Below are positions 17,590-26,942 of a stretch of DNA of 30,012 bases, piece after piece (position 1 is the first letter of the stretch; every line of letters begins with the position of its first letter). The translations under genes were made by a program, and so were the position numbers. Source of the DNA: a virus; UHGV virus genome UHGV-0120925; one strand, written 5' to 3'. Under the pieces are notes generated by a model. That model searched no databases. It saw nothing but the letters and a program-made list of their open reading frames with translations, and was not told the DNA's origin.

Positions 17590-18243
17590 TTAAAATTTGA
17601 TGTTTTTCAGTGCATCCAGTGCGGTACTCACTTCATCAACATCACGCTGTGAAAGTGAGCCATAACCCCCGGCCATGAATGCTTTAGCCTGGGTGCGTGA
17701 GAGCCCAACATCGCGCAGGACTCGTTCAATACTTTTTTGAGAAGGGATTTCTCCGCGGGAAAATGCGCTTTTGACATCACTTACCCGCGCTTCATCGTTC
17801 GACGGAAACGTTACGAGACTGACTTCCCACAGGTCGATCTCTTTGAGAAGGAACACGCCCTTAACACGGTCGTACTCCCAGTCTTTCAGCATGTAACCAA
17901 TAGAAAGGCCGGTTAAAGAACCGGCCTTCATGTGGGCGTGTGCGCGTTTCGAAAGGGGATCGTCATCAATGAGTAACCGGCCTTTAACATAAAGGCCAAC
18001 CTCATCTTCTTTCATCTCAGTGTAAATACCGATGGGTTCATCCATACGGTGCTGCCAGAGTAATGCAGGGAGAGCATTCTTTTCTTTCCATGCCTGAAGG
18101 GAGGCCGAAAAAGCGCCTGGCACAACAACATCATCGTAGCTGTCCTTTACGCCAAAAACAGAGCCATAGCCTTCAAACTCCCCGCTGTCGCTGACAGACT
18201 TTAGCTGTAGCGGAATATCCAGCCGCTGTTTAGTCATCGGCAT
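17590..18243 (-). CDS. Prohead protease (HK97 family)
   Basis: 217 aa between portal and capsid genes, overlapping the portal 3' end. Sequence ...GYGSVFGV.DSYDDVV.PGAF... is typical of this family. Confidence 0.88.
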   Translation of the reverse strand: MPMTKQRLDIPLQLKSVSDSGEFEGYGSVFGVKDSYDDVVVPGAFSASLQAWKEKNALPALLWQHRMDEPIGIYTEMKEDEVGLYVKGRLLIDDDPLSKRAHAHMKAGSLTGLSIGYMLKDWEYDRVKGVFLLKEIDLWEVSLVTFPSNDEARVSDVKSAFSRGEIPSQKSIERVLRDVGLSRTQAKAFMAGGYGSLSQRDVDEVSTALDALKNIKF

Positions 18244-19459
18244 TATGTTGCTCCTCGGTTGTTTTGTTCTTGCTGCTGTCTGACGGCTTCGTCGTCATGT
18301 TCATTGGCGTAAGGTAAATATCTCCGCCTGCGCGTGGGTTAAGTTCTTCAAGTTCCCGGCAGTCATTTGGTGAGTAAATCCCCCAGTTAATGCCTGTTGA
18401 ATACGCCTCAAATCGCGACTTCATATCCCCGCGCAGCAATGCGCCGGCATTGAATTTTGCGTAGTACACACCCTGCTTTGATTCCTTCACCAGCCCAATG
18501 TTGATTCGCTGCTCAATGCGGGTCATATACGGAACGAGTGAATAATTGATAAACCCCATGCCGAGGTTTTCAATATTGTTAAACGTAGAGCGGTCAGTGT
18601 TCTGCACCATGTGCATCGGCACCCGGAACAGGCGGCATATTTCCTCCAGCTGAAATTTTCTGGTCTCAAGGAACTGACTGTCTTCCGCATTGAGCGCCAT
18701 CGACTTCCAGTCCAGTCCCATTTCGAGAATCATTGGTCGGTGCGCGTTGCTCAGCCCGAGGTGACGATCCTCAAAATCTTTTTTCAGCCTTGCGTAAGCA
18801 GCATCAGTGAGAGTTTGTTCAGTACGGAGTACGCCGGAGGTAACCGCGCCATTTGAGAACAACCGAGCCCCATGTTCCTCTGTTGCCATTCCCAGAGATA
18901 TTGCTTCTCTTGCATAGGCTATAGGGTTGAGCCCCACCAGTCCGTCAAAGGTAAGCGTTCTGACATGCCAGATATCATCCTGCCCAAGCACATCTGTTGA
19001 ACCATCGGGGAATGTTACCTGGTAAACCGGCTGCCACTGGCTGTTAAGCTTTGGTTCAACACACCCGGGGTCAATAGGAAGCAGCTCCACCACCTCGCCA
19101 AGCGCTTTAACTTTGTAGGCGTAAAAATTACCGCGAAGACAAAGACAGACAATGACCAGCTCCCAGAACTCCTGGGGGGTCATGTAATCATTTGGCTTCA
19201 TCGTCAGTAATTTATGCAGCCTTTCAGAAGTCGCTTTTTGTTTACTGTTTCCGGTTATCTTGTACAGGTTACAGGGCAGCATACCCATCGACTCAGCAAG
19301 AACCCTGATACAACCGAAAACTGCTGTAAGCCGCATGGCTTTCTGGCTGCTTACCCTTTTCCCTGTATAGGTGTCGTAAGTCATTCCCACTGCTTCAGCG
19401 AGTTCTGCCGGAGTAGTGACAGGGGCGTCACTTTTTTTGAACATTCCGGGGAAAAACAT
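18230..19459 (-). CDS. Portal protein
   Basis: 409 aa directly downstream of terL. Typical HK97-type portal length and position. Confidence 0.88.
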   Translation of the reverse strand: MFFPGMFKKSDAPVTTPAELAEAVGMTYDTYTGKRVSSQKAMRLTAVFGCIRVLAESMGMLPCNLYKITGNSKQKATSERLHKLLTMKPNDYMTPQEFWELVIVCLCLRGNFYAYKVKALGEVVELLPIDPGCVEPKLNSQWQPVYQVTFPDGSTDVLGQDDIWHVRTLTFDGLVGLNPIAYAREAISLGMATEEHGARLFSNGAVTSGVLRTEQTLTDAAYARLKKDFEDRHLGLSNAHRPMILEMGLDWKSMALNAEDSQFLETRKFQLEEICRLFRVPMHMVQNTDRSTFNNIENLGMGFINYSLVPYMTRIEQRINIGLVKESKQGVYYAKFNAGALLRGDMKSRFEAYSTGINWGIYSPNDCRELEELNPRAGGDIYLTPMNMTTKPSDSSKNKTTEEQHNADD

Positions 19460-19644
19460 CAGTCAGTCCCTCCTCGCAATGTTTTCCCGGCCAGCGAAAG
19501 CGTGCGGGAAACCAGCCATGACCAGATAAGGCAAAGCATACCCGCACTGATTAAGCCTCCAGGCGGATAAATCATCCATACACCAAACGAAAGCAAAATA
19601 GCGCCCATCACCCCGATCAGTGGGGCGAGAATCATCAGGATCAT
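19459..19644 (-). CDS. Small two-helix membrane protein between terL and portal
   Basis: RBS AAGAGG before ATG 19644. Stop overlaps the portal start (TGATG). Two hydrophobic segments in 61 aa. Confidence 0.5.
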   Translation of the reverse strand: MILMILAPLIGVMGAILLSFGVWMIYPPGGLISAGMLCLIWSWLVSRTLSLAGKTLRGGTD

Positions 19645-19654
19645 AACTGCCTCT

Positions 19655-21412
19655 TTATAATGAACGGACGCCGTAACTTTCCAGATGGTCAGAGAGGCTG
19701 TCCTGTTGTTCGCCGCCGTTTACAAGCATGCGGCTCATTGCGGTAAACAAGGCGGCAGGCCCGTCTATTTTCGCTTCTGGCGTGGATTTGTTCGGAAAGA
19801 TATTGTCGTTTTTGTCAGGCTTGACGGTGACGTTAGACATCATCCAGTTCATAACCGGATGATTGCTGTGATGAAAACGCCCGCCATAAACCAGAGACTC
19901 CACCTCTTTCATTGACTCAGAAAAGTTTCTGACCGTCTGCGGAACCTCCACCAGCGGTACACCCTCTTCTGCCAGAGCCAGGCTAAACTGCGTTGCGCTC
20001 CACGGATCGAATCCCGTTTCCTTCAGGTTTTCGCCGCTAATCCATTCCAGAAAATCAGCCTTAATCTGCGCGTGATCGATAACATCACCATCAGTCAGTT
20101 CCAGCTTCCCAAGCTCAGCCCATTTACGGTACATCTGCGCCATTTGAGCGGAACATTTTTCCAGCCGCCCTTCGGGTAACCAGAATTTAAAGTCTGCATG
20201 CGCGTGACCGTTGTCTGCCCGCCAGAGTTTTACTGCTGCGCAAATATCAATCTTGTGGGCCAGATCCACGCCAGCCCACATCGGGTAGGTTTTCAGCTCA
20301 TGACGTGGGGCTATAAACTCACAGTTTTCCCACTTAATCATGTCCATCCAAGCTGACTCAGCGGTCACCCAGATATTCATGTGCTTGGTGAAAAAGTTAA
20401 CCCTGGCGGAAACCTGTTCTTTGGCCTTCTTAGCCAGACGGCGAAGGTCATCCCAGCGCTTACAGATACCGAGTCCGGGGTTAGCCTTTTGCCAGACCGT
20501 TTCATCAAACGGATCATCATCTTTATCCAGGGTGAAGATGATGGCGAAAAAAGTGTCATCCTTCACCGCGCCTTCCACTTCGCTGTTATAGCCACGCAGC
20601 ACCTTAATGGCATAATCGCGCAGCTCGTAACAAATCCCTTCTTTATTAAACCCGGCTGTCGTTATGCCAAACAGAAGAGACTGCAATCGTGCGCCGGTTG
20701 CAGTCTCCAGAACATCCCAGACATCACGGGTTTTATGCGCATGAAGTTCGTCGACGATGCCACAATGGATATTGAGACCATCCAGATTGTTGGCATCAGA
20801 AGAAAGCGGTTCAAACTTGGATGCTGTCTGCTCCTGGTAGATCGCCAGTTTATTGAATTCAAACAGTCGCCCCAGTGTGGGTTTCGCTTTTTTAACCATG
20901 TTTTTCGCATCTTCAAAAACGATGCGAGCCTGATCCCGCGTTGTCGCTGCGGAATAAACCTCTGCCCCACCCTCACCATCGGCGCCAGCCATATAAAGAC
21001 CAACACCAGAAGATAATGTCGACTTGGCGTTTTTACGGGCTACCTCGTTATATGCTGTGCGAAACCGGCGGACCATCACCGGACGACCGCTGCCATCATT
21101 ACGCAGCACAACTTCGCCTGTTTCTTCATTTACCAGGGGGATAACAAAACCGAAGATGTTGATCAGAATGAAAACATGCCAGTCCATCAGCTCAATCGGC
21201 TGGCCTGCCAGTGCTCCTTTAACATGAGGCACGAATTTATAAAAATTGAGGATATGTTGTGCGCGGGGCTCGCTGAAATAGATGCCACGTTCTTCACCGT
21301 GCTTCAGATCATCAAGAAATCGCTGACAGGAAAGACGGACAAATTCACAGGCAATAACCTCCCCGGCAACGACGCGTTCGGCGTAACGTATGCCATCAGT
21401 AACTTTTGCCAT
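19655..21412 (-). CDS. Terminase large subunit
   Basis: 585 aa with ATPase and nuclease regions typical of phage TerL. Start overlaps the terS stop. Confidence 0.93.
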   Translation of the reverse strand: MAKVTDGIRYAERVVAGEVIACEFVRLSCQRFLDDLKHGEERGIYFSEPRAQHILNFYKFVPHVKGALAGQPIELMDWHVFILINIFGFVIPLVNEETGEVVLRNDGSGRPVMVRRFRTAYNEVARKNAKSTLSSGVGLYMAGADGEGGAEVYSAATTRDQARIVFEDAKNMVKKAKPTLGRLFEFNKLAIYQEQTASKFEPLSSDANNLDGLNIHCGIVDELHAHKTRDVWDVLETATGARLQSLLFGITTAGFNKEGICYELRDYAIKVLRGYNSEVEGAVKDDTFFAIIFTLDKDDDPFDETVWQKANPGLGICKRWDDLRRLAKKAKEQVSARVNFFTKHMNIWVTAESAWMDMIKWENCEFIAPRHELKTYPMWAGVDLAHKIDICAAVKLWRADNGHAHADFKFWLPEGRLEKCSAQMAQMYRKWAELGKLELTDGDVIDHAQIKADFLEWISGENLKETGFDPWSATQFSLALAEEGVPLVEVPQTVRNFSESMKEVESLVYGGRFHHSNHPVMNWMMSNVTVKPDKNDNIFPNKSTPEAKIDGPAALFTAMSRMLVNGGEQQDSLSDHLESYGVRSL

Positions 21413-21909
21413 CAGTCCCTCGAATTAAGAAATTGACTTAACAGATCATCATCGTCTGGTTTGTCTTTACTGACCTTAGACCTGCTGGAAGGCGTCATAC
21501 CAAACTCCGCTAACATCGCGCGAAGTCGCTTCCAGGCATCAGCTTTCATCATGGCTGCCGGATGCGGCTTGATCATGCGTATTTCACGCTCTTTCCCTTC
21601 ATCAGCATCATCATCGCTGTATACCGCATAGGTATAACCTTCCCGATCCAGCGTTTCACAATGATGGCGGTATTCCGTATATGCCTCTACCAGCAACTCC
21701 AGAGCCCTGGCATCCAGCTGAGATATGACGCCAATGGCATCAAGTTCTTCGGCCATCCGCTTAAACCAGTACTTCCCCTGCTTGTCGAAATGCTTGGGAA
21801 CTGGGGGGACCCCTTTAGGTGGCTGCGGCTCGTTTTTGTTGATTGGTCGTTTGGAAGGGTTACCCCTCACCAAACGCAGATGGGTAGGGGTTTTCGGCGG
21901 TCCTGACAT
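21412..21909 (-). CDS. Terminase small subunit (P27 family)
   Basis: RBS AGGAG before ATG 21909. 165 aa with a basic N-terminus and acidic C-terminus. First gene of the minus-strand late operon. Confidence 0.82.
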   Translation of the reverse strand: MSGPPKTPTHLRLVRGNPSKRPINKNEPQPPKGVPPVPKHFDKQGKYWFKRMAEELDAIGVISQLDARALELLVEAYTEYRHHCETLDREGYTYAVYSDDDADEGKEREIRMIKPHPAAMMKADAWKRLRAMLAEFGMTPSSRSKVSKDKPDDDDLLSQFLNSRD

Positions 21910-22443
21910 AATCGAAAACTCCTATTAATCATCGGCTGTGGGACCCCAAAAAAAGTTTTCTAACCTGCGGCGATGTGAAGAAAGGCTAGGCGGCGGTCCT
22001 TTTGGCGCCCGGTTACAGGGATTTGACCTCCCCCTCCCCTCCACATCCGTTGATGGTAATCATTATCATTTGAAGCGTTCACGCCCTGTTTTCGAGCGGT
22101 GGCAAGGCCAGCACAGGCTTTCAAGGTTCGAATCATCATCGGTACACGTAAACGTGCTGTATCACCGGGTGCGATCCGGTCGGTGAGAGAGTATCCCCGC
22201 GCGAGAGCGAGAACGGCGTGAGAACGGGCAACACTGGCAGGGAGTTGGCGCTGACCAATACAGGGAATGTTATGGGATGTGGTGAAGGGTTCATGGACGG
22301 GAATATGTCGCACGTAAAGCGGCGAGGCCCGAGGAGCTATTGCCGAAGATAAGTAGGCCGAATCGGGTCGAAATGGGTCTCCCACCTACCACAGCACCAA
22401 AGCATTTCTCCCGCATCAGCGGGTAACTAAGTGGAGAGTAAGT
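21910..22443. promoter_or_regulatory. Non-coding divergent control region between the late (minus) and early-left (plus) operons; likely holds promoters and the packaging site
   Basis: About 530 bp with no RBS-supported ORF. GC-rich, with short direct repeats (GAGAACGG twice at 22207..22226). Exact promoter and cos/pac positions cannot be fixed from sequence alone. Confidence 0.4.
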
Positions 22444-22632
22444 ATGCACAAGTGTCAATTCTGTGGGTACTTTCTGGCATCTGAAGAGATGCAGAGAATA
22501 TCTGTAAACATGGTTGGCAGGCCTTACAACATCTGCATTCCATGCTCAGAAAAGTACAAAAAGAAAGGCCTGTGGGATTCGGCAAAAAACGATATCGACT
22601 GGAAAGCACTTCCATGCGTCGATGAGACATAA
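22444..22632 (+). CDS. Small zinc-ribbon protein (CxxC...CxxC), unknown function
   Basis: RBS GGAGAG. 62 aa with Cys pairs at residues 4/7 and 31/34. First gene of the plus-strand early operon. Confidence 0.6.
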   Translation: MHKCQFCGYFLASEEMQRISVNMVGRPYNICIPCSEKYKKKGLWDSAKNDIDWKALPCVDET

Positions 22633-22665
22633 CCGCATCAGCGGGTAACGACAGAGGGTAAGGGG

Positions 22666-22962
22666 ATGATCGACGACATCAAGCGCATCGACTCAATGAT
22701 AAATGCGCTTCGCAATATGAAACAGGACATCAAGCGTCAGCAGAAACTAAGTGAAATAAACAGTTTAGACCTGTCGCCGAAGCAAGCTCAAAAGCGCAAT
22801 GCCGATGCTGACTGGATTGCGATGGAACAGATTAAGCGTCGGCATGAGCTGCACGCTCTGTCTGTTGAGCTTGGGTTCGCTGAGCGCCGGGAAAGTTATG
22901 CTCCATTTGAATTAACTGACGGGTGGCACCGATTCGACCACAAGCCGCGCGAACCTCAATAG
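22666..22962 (+). CDS. Hypothetical protein (98 aa)
   Basis: RBS AAGGGG. Preceded at fixed spacing by the repeated 17-nt motif. Terminator follows. Confidence 0.55.
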   Translation: MIDDIKRIDSMINALRNMKQDIKRQQKLSEINSLDLSPKQAQKRNADADWIAMEQIKRRHELHALSVELGFAERRESYAPFELTDGWHRFDHKPREPQ

Positions 22963-22984
22963 CCGCCTAACCAGCGGCTTTTTC
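22961..22984 (+). terminator. Rho-independent terminator within the early operon
   Basis: AGCCGC-CTAACCA-GCGGCT followed by TTTTT, overlapping the stop codon of the 98-aa ORF. Confidence 0.55.
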
Positions 22985-23118
22985 ATACCTGGAGTCATTT
23001 ACGAGTGGCTCAAGTTATGACAACCGGCGGCCATCCACCGCCCATTGAAACACTGAATAAATGCGTTGAAGTCTTGTATTAACCGTTCCGTTCGCCGCGA
23101 TAAGGCCAAGAGGAAATC

Positions 23119-23325
23119 ATGGTAAACCAGCACTACGGTACACAGACAGTAAACCGCGGCGCAGTTCAGCCGGGGATGCTCGTCAAACACAAGGATTCAA
23201 CCTGGACGGCATCAGCTAATGCTCGTGGTCGTTTGTATCTGCATCGCGGCGTTGAGATGACTTACACCAGGGATTTGCTGGTTGAAGTTTATCTGAACGG
23301 TCTGGGGAATGGCCTCAGCCATTAA
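23119..23325 (+). CDS. Hypothetical protein (68 aa)
   Basis: RBS AGAGGA before the ATG. No recognisable family. Confidence 0.45.
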   Translation: MVNQHYGTQTVNRGAVQPGMLVKHKDSTWTASANARGRLYLHRGVEMTYTRDLLVEVYLNGLGNGLSH

Positions 23326-23358
23326 CGGAGAGTTGCCAAAACACTTTAAGGACAGGTG

Positions 23359-23517
23359 ATGAAAAAAGAATGTGGTTATTGCCACAAGCCTGTTGAAGAA
23401 GGCGCAGAAGTAAAGAGCACCTTGCTCTATCTCAACGGTTCGCAACTGGCACAGAAAGAAAAAGAATATTGCTCTAAGCAATGCGCTGAATACGACCAGA
23501 TGGCGCACGAAAGTTAA
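23359..23517 (+). CDS. Small zinc-ribbon protein (52 aa), found by hand because it is below the ORF-track cutoff
   Basis: RBS AAGGACAGG before ATG 23359. MKKECGYCHKP...YCSKQCAEY has CxxC and CxxxC pairs. Confidence 0.45.
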   Translation: MKKECGYCHKPVEEGAEVKSTLLYLNGSQLAQKEKEYCSKQCAEYDQMAHES

Positions 23518-23602
23518 ATAGCAGTCCTGAAATATGAAATGAAAAATTCGCCATTAATTTGGCGCGGCTTCTTACACCCTTAATTTAACAACTGGAGATT
23601 TT

Positions 23603-23890
23603 ATGGAAATCGTAAAAATCGAAATGAACCTGAAAGCAGTGAATAAAGAAGTGGCTGCATTCAACTGCGAGAAGAAAGTATCAGGCGTTATTCACTCAAC
23701 TACAAACGGTGAAACAACAGTCATTCTCGACGGTGGCTATGTGCTTGGCAAGTTTGATTGCCCGCACTGCGCCATTGAGGAGATCAGCTTGCTGGTACTC
23801 AAAATCAGCGATAGCGATTACGCCGGCTGGGGAACCTACCGTACATACAAGCAAGATTTTATGAATGAGGCGATCGTAGCCGTCAGTTAA
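23603..23890 (+). CDS. Hypothetical protein (95 aa) with CxxC pair
   Basis: RBS GGAG before the ATG. Followed by hairpin GCCCAC-CGAA-GTGGGC (23897..23912) without a U tract. Confidence 0.5.
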   Translation: MEIVKIEMNLKAVNKEVAAFNCEKKVSGVIHSTTNGETTVILDGGYVLGKFDCPHCAIEEISLLVLKISDSDYAGWGTYRTYKQDFMNEAIVAVS

Positions 23891-24030
23891 GCGAAAGCCC
23901 ACCGAAGTGGGCCCGCCATGTCCGGCCTCACCGACCAAAGTTACACCGGAAACAACATTAAAACCAAAGTTAACCCAATGGGCGCTATCAATGGTCCGGG
24001 GATTCTAACACCCAAAAATGAGGATCTCAC

Positions 24031-26937
24031 ATGGAATTCTTTAATGTGGTTAAAGCCACTCAGAAATCCGGAAAGCAAGATGCAGTGGTCTGGTTCACTG
24101 CTAAAACCGAGGCTCGCGCCAATCTGATGCTGGATGTTGCGCTGGAAGATGCAGGTATCGAAACAGGTCGGGGTAAGGACTACGCCAAACCGATTCGCAC
24201 TGATTTCCCAGTTGTCGACGGCCTGCCGAAAGAAGGTGAAGTTGATTTTACCTGGTGTGATCGCTACGAGCTTCATGACGATGGGCGCACCTGGCTGCCA
24301 AAAGTCACAGCTGAAAACTCTGACGAGAAAACGGCTCAGACCGTTGATAGTCACATAACTACTGAGTCAACGCTGTCAGAAACCGCTGGCATCACGCTGG
24401 ACGAACACGACGACGACTCAACCCTCTACCCGGTAGTGCAGATGCCGTTTCGTAAGCAACTGCTTTCCCAGTTCACCGCCGACGAACTGCGCCACCACGT
24501 AACCCATGAAGAGTACGAAGCTATCGGCGCGCTGGAGATGGACACTGATAACAGTTACGTCCAGAACTTGCTGTTAGCTGCTGAGAACTGCCCGGAAGTG
24601 AAGGGTTACGACACCAAAGACCTGTGGCGTTACACCGATGCCATTCGCAAAGTGTTCAGCCAGGACAAGCGTCACGAACTCGCGCTGGTACTCCGTTTCA
24701 CCAGAATGTGGGCGGCGACTGATTACATTGACCGTGGCATCCTGGCGCGTGAATGGGCCGCCGGTAATCGCATCAGTAGTGTGCAGCGTACTGATTCCGG
24801 CACTAATGCCGACGGCGGTTACGTCACTGACCGTGGACCTGAGGCACACCACACACTGGACACTCTCGATTTAGAGATTGCGTGTGCCCTTCTGCCTATG
24901 GACTTCAACCACTTCGAGATCCCGGGCAGCATTCTTCGTCGCGCTAAAGAAATCGTGACCAAAAAAGAAGAACCATGGAAATCATGGAGCAACATCCTGC
25001 GCAATCAGCCAGGCGTTCTGGGTGTTAACCGCACGGCTATTTTTAACCTGGTACGTATCGCACCGGAAAATATTCATTTAACTCCTGTCGCTCACCTGGA
25101 ATTTGTTAACCAGACCATGACAGCCGCGTTCAATTCCGCGGTCGAGTTATTGCCGTTGCATGAAGCTGAACCCGCAGCACAGGAAATTCCCCAACCTGAA
25201 GGTAAGGAGTCTCCGCGCAAATCCTTCTGCACTCACGAAGAGAACCTGCAACGCGTGCGTGAAGAAGGAGCACGCCGCCGCGCAGAGGAAGCGGCAGCAC
25301 AACCGCAGAAAGTCGAACAAGAACTGGTTAAAAATGTCGGCAACGGAATATTCGACGTTACGGCTTTGCTGCAGAACTCAGCAACTCATGGCACGAAAAA
25401 GGCTACGGAGACCACCAGCAATGTGCAGGTTCAAGAAACTGTCAGTGATGAAAAACAAGCTGGTGATGAAGTACAGCCAGGCGAAAGCAGTCTGGAGTCT
25501 GGTGAAGAGTCAGATACCAGCCAGAAGGACGATGTAGACCAGAATACGGATTCTGTCGCCAAAAATAGCGATTCTGTAAGCCAAACCGAACCAGTTGCAA
25601 CACAAACCGAGCCAGAAGCGCAATCTGACGAACCAGCTGTTGTTTATCCCGCTTATTTCGAGCCAGGCCGCTATGAAGGGCTGCCAAACGAGGTTTACCA
25701 CGCCGCCAACGGCATCAGCTCAACCCAGGTGAAAGATGCGCGCGTTTCGCTGATGTACTTCAATGCGCGCCACGTAGAGAAAACCATCGTCAAAGAGCGC
25801 TCAGCGGTGCTGGACATGGGCAACTTGGTGCATGCGCTGGCGTTGCAGCCTGAACTACTGGACGCAGAATTCAGCGTTGAACCGGTGATCCCTGAAGGCG
25901 CATTCACAACGGCCGCGACCCTGCGCGCCTTTATCGATGAGCACAATGCCAGCCTGCCGGCGCTGCTGTCTGCCGACGACATCAAGGTGTTACTGGAAGA
26001 GTACAACGCCACCCTGCCGCCGCAGGTTCCGCTTGGCGCTAACCTGGAAGAAACGGCACAGAACTATATGGCGCTGCCAGCTGACTTCCAGCGTATTGAT
26101 GGTGACCAGAAGCAGACGGCGACGGCAATGAAGGCATGCATTAAAGAGTACAACGCCACCCTGCCGCCGCCGGTTAAAACCAGCGGCAGCCGTGACGCGC
26201 TGCTGGAGCAGTTGGCAATCATCAACCCTGACCTTGTGGCTCAGGAAGCACAGAAACCGGCACCACTGAAAGTGTCCGGTACCAAAGCAGACATGATCCA
26301 GGCCGTGAAGGCAGTCAAACCAGATGCCGTATTTGCCGACGAACTGCTGGATGCCTGGCGCGATAACCCGGAAGGAAAAGTGCTGGTCACCCGCCAGCAG
26401 CTGAGCACCGCGCTGAATATTCAAAAAGCGCTTCTGGCACACCCGACCGCCGGCATGCTGCTGACCCACCCTAGCCGAGCCGTTGAGGTGAGCTACTTTG
26501 GTTTTGACGAGGAGACGGGCTTGGAAGTTCGTGTGCGCCCTGACCTTGAGATCGACCTGGATGGCGTGCGTATAGGTGCAGACCTGAAAACCATCAGCAT
26601 GTGGAATGTTAAGCAGGAAAGCCTGCGCGCCAGGCTACACCGGGAAATTATTGAACGTGATTATCACCTGAGCGCGGCTATGTACTGCGAAACCGCAGCG
26701 CTGGATCAGTTCTTCTGGATTTTCGTCAACAAAGACGAGAACTACCACTGGATCGCCATCATCGAGGCATCCGCTGAACTACTGGAGCTGGGTATGCTCG
26801 AGTACCGCAAAGCGATGCGCAATATCGCAACCGGATTCGACACAGGTGAATGGCCAGCGCCAATCACTGCTGACTACACCGACGAACTGAACGACTTCGA
26901 CCTGCGCCGCCTTGAAGCGCTGCGTACTCAGGCATAA
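24031..26937 (+). CDS. recE: RecE-like exonuclease VIII (C-terminal PD-(D/E)XK nuclease domain) with long N-terminal extension
   Basis: 968 aa immediately upstream of recT. C-terminal region ...YFEPGRYEGLPNEVYHAANGISSTQ...DLEIDLDGVRIGADLKT... is consistent with a RecE/YqaJ-type nuclease. Central acidic low-complexity stretch. Confidence 0.8.
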   Translation: MEFFNVVKATQKSGKQDAVVWFTAKTEARANLMLDVALEDAGIETGRGKDYAKPIRTDFPVVDGLPKEGEVDFTWCDRYELHDDGRTWLPKVTAENSDEKTAQTVDSHITTESTLSETAGITLDEHDDDSTLYPVVQMPFRKQLLSQFTADELRHHVTHEEYEAIGALEMDTDNSYVQNLLLAAENCPEVKGYDTKDLWRYTDAIRKVFSQDKRHELALVLRFTRMWAATDYIDRGILAREWAAGNRISSVQRTDSGTNADGGYVTDRGPEAHHTLDTLDLEIACALLPMDFNHFEIPGSILRRAKEIVTKKEEPWKSWSNILRNQPGVLGVNRTAIFNLVRIAPENIHLTPVAHLEFVNQTMTAAFNSAVELLPLHEAEPAAQEIPQPEGKESPRKSFCTHEENLQRVREEGARRRAEEAAAQPQKVEQELVKNVGNGIFDVTALLQNSATHGTKKATETTSNVQVQETVSDEKQAGDEVQPGESSLESGEESDTSQKDDVDQNTDSVAKNSDSVSQTEPVATQTEPEAQSDEPAVVYPAYFEPGRYEGLPNEVYHAANGISSTQVKDARVSLMYFNARHVEKTIVKERSAVLDMGNLVHALALQPELLDAEFSVEPVIPEGAFTTAATLRAFIDEHNASLPALLSADDIKVLLEEYNATLPPQVPLGANLEETAQNYMALPADFQRIDGDQKQTATAMKACIKEYNATLPPPVKTSGSRDALLEQLAIINPDLVAQEAQKPAPLKVSGTKADMIQAVKAVKPDAVFADELLDAWRDNPEGKVLVTRQQLSTALNIQKALLAHPTAGMLLTHPSRAVEVSYFGFDEETGLEVRVRPDLEIDLDGVRIGADLKTISMWNVKQESLRARLHREIIERDYHLSAAMYCETAALDQFFWIFVNKDENYHWIAIIEASAELLELGMLEYRKAMRNIATGFDTGEWPAPITADYTDELNDFDLRRLEALRTQA

Positions 26938-26942
26938 GGGGA

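Noticed and set aside
22117-22126. tRNA-like T-loop motif GGTTCGAATC
   Set aside because: Flanking sequence cannot form a T-stem or acceptor stem and there is no CCA-adjacent end; judged a chance match, though a covariance scan would settle it.
21938-22385. ORFs 21938..22186 (+) and 21960..22385 (-) in the divergent control region
   Set aside because: No RBS; translations are Arg/Gly/Pro-rich as expected from GC-rich non-coding DNA; they overlap each other.
23897-23912. Hairpin GCCCAC-CGAA-GTGGGC after the 95-aa ORF as a terminator
   Set aside because: No downstream U tract; kept only as a possible structural element.
23918-24358. ORFs 23918..24127 (+), 24134..24358 (+) and 23941..24354 (-) around the RecE-like gene start
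   Set aside because: Overlap the RBS-supported gene starting at 24031 in other frames or antisense; no independent support.
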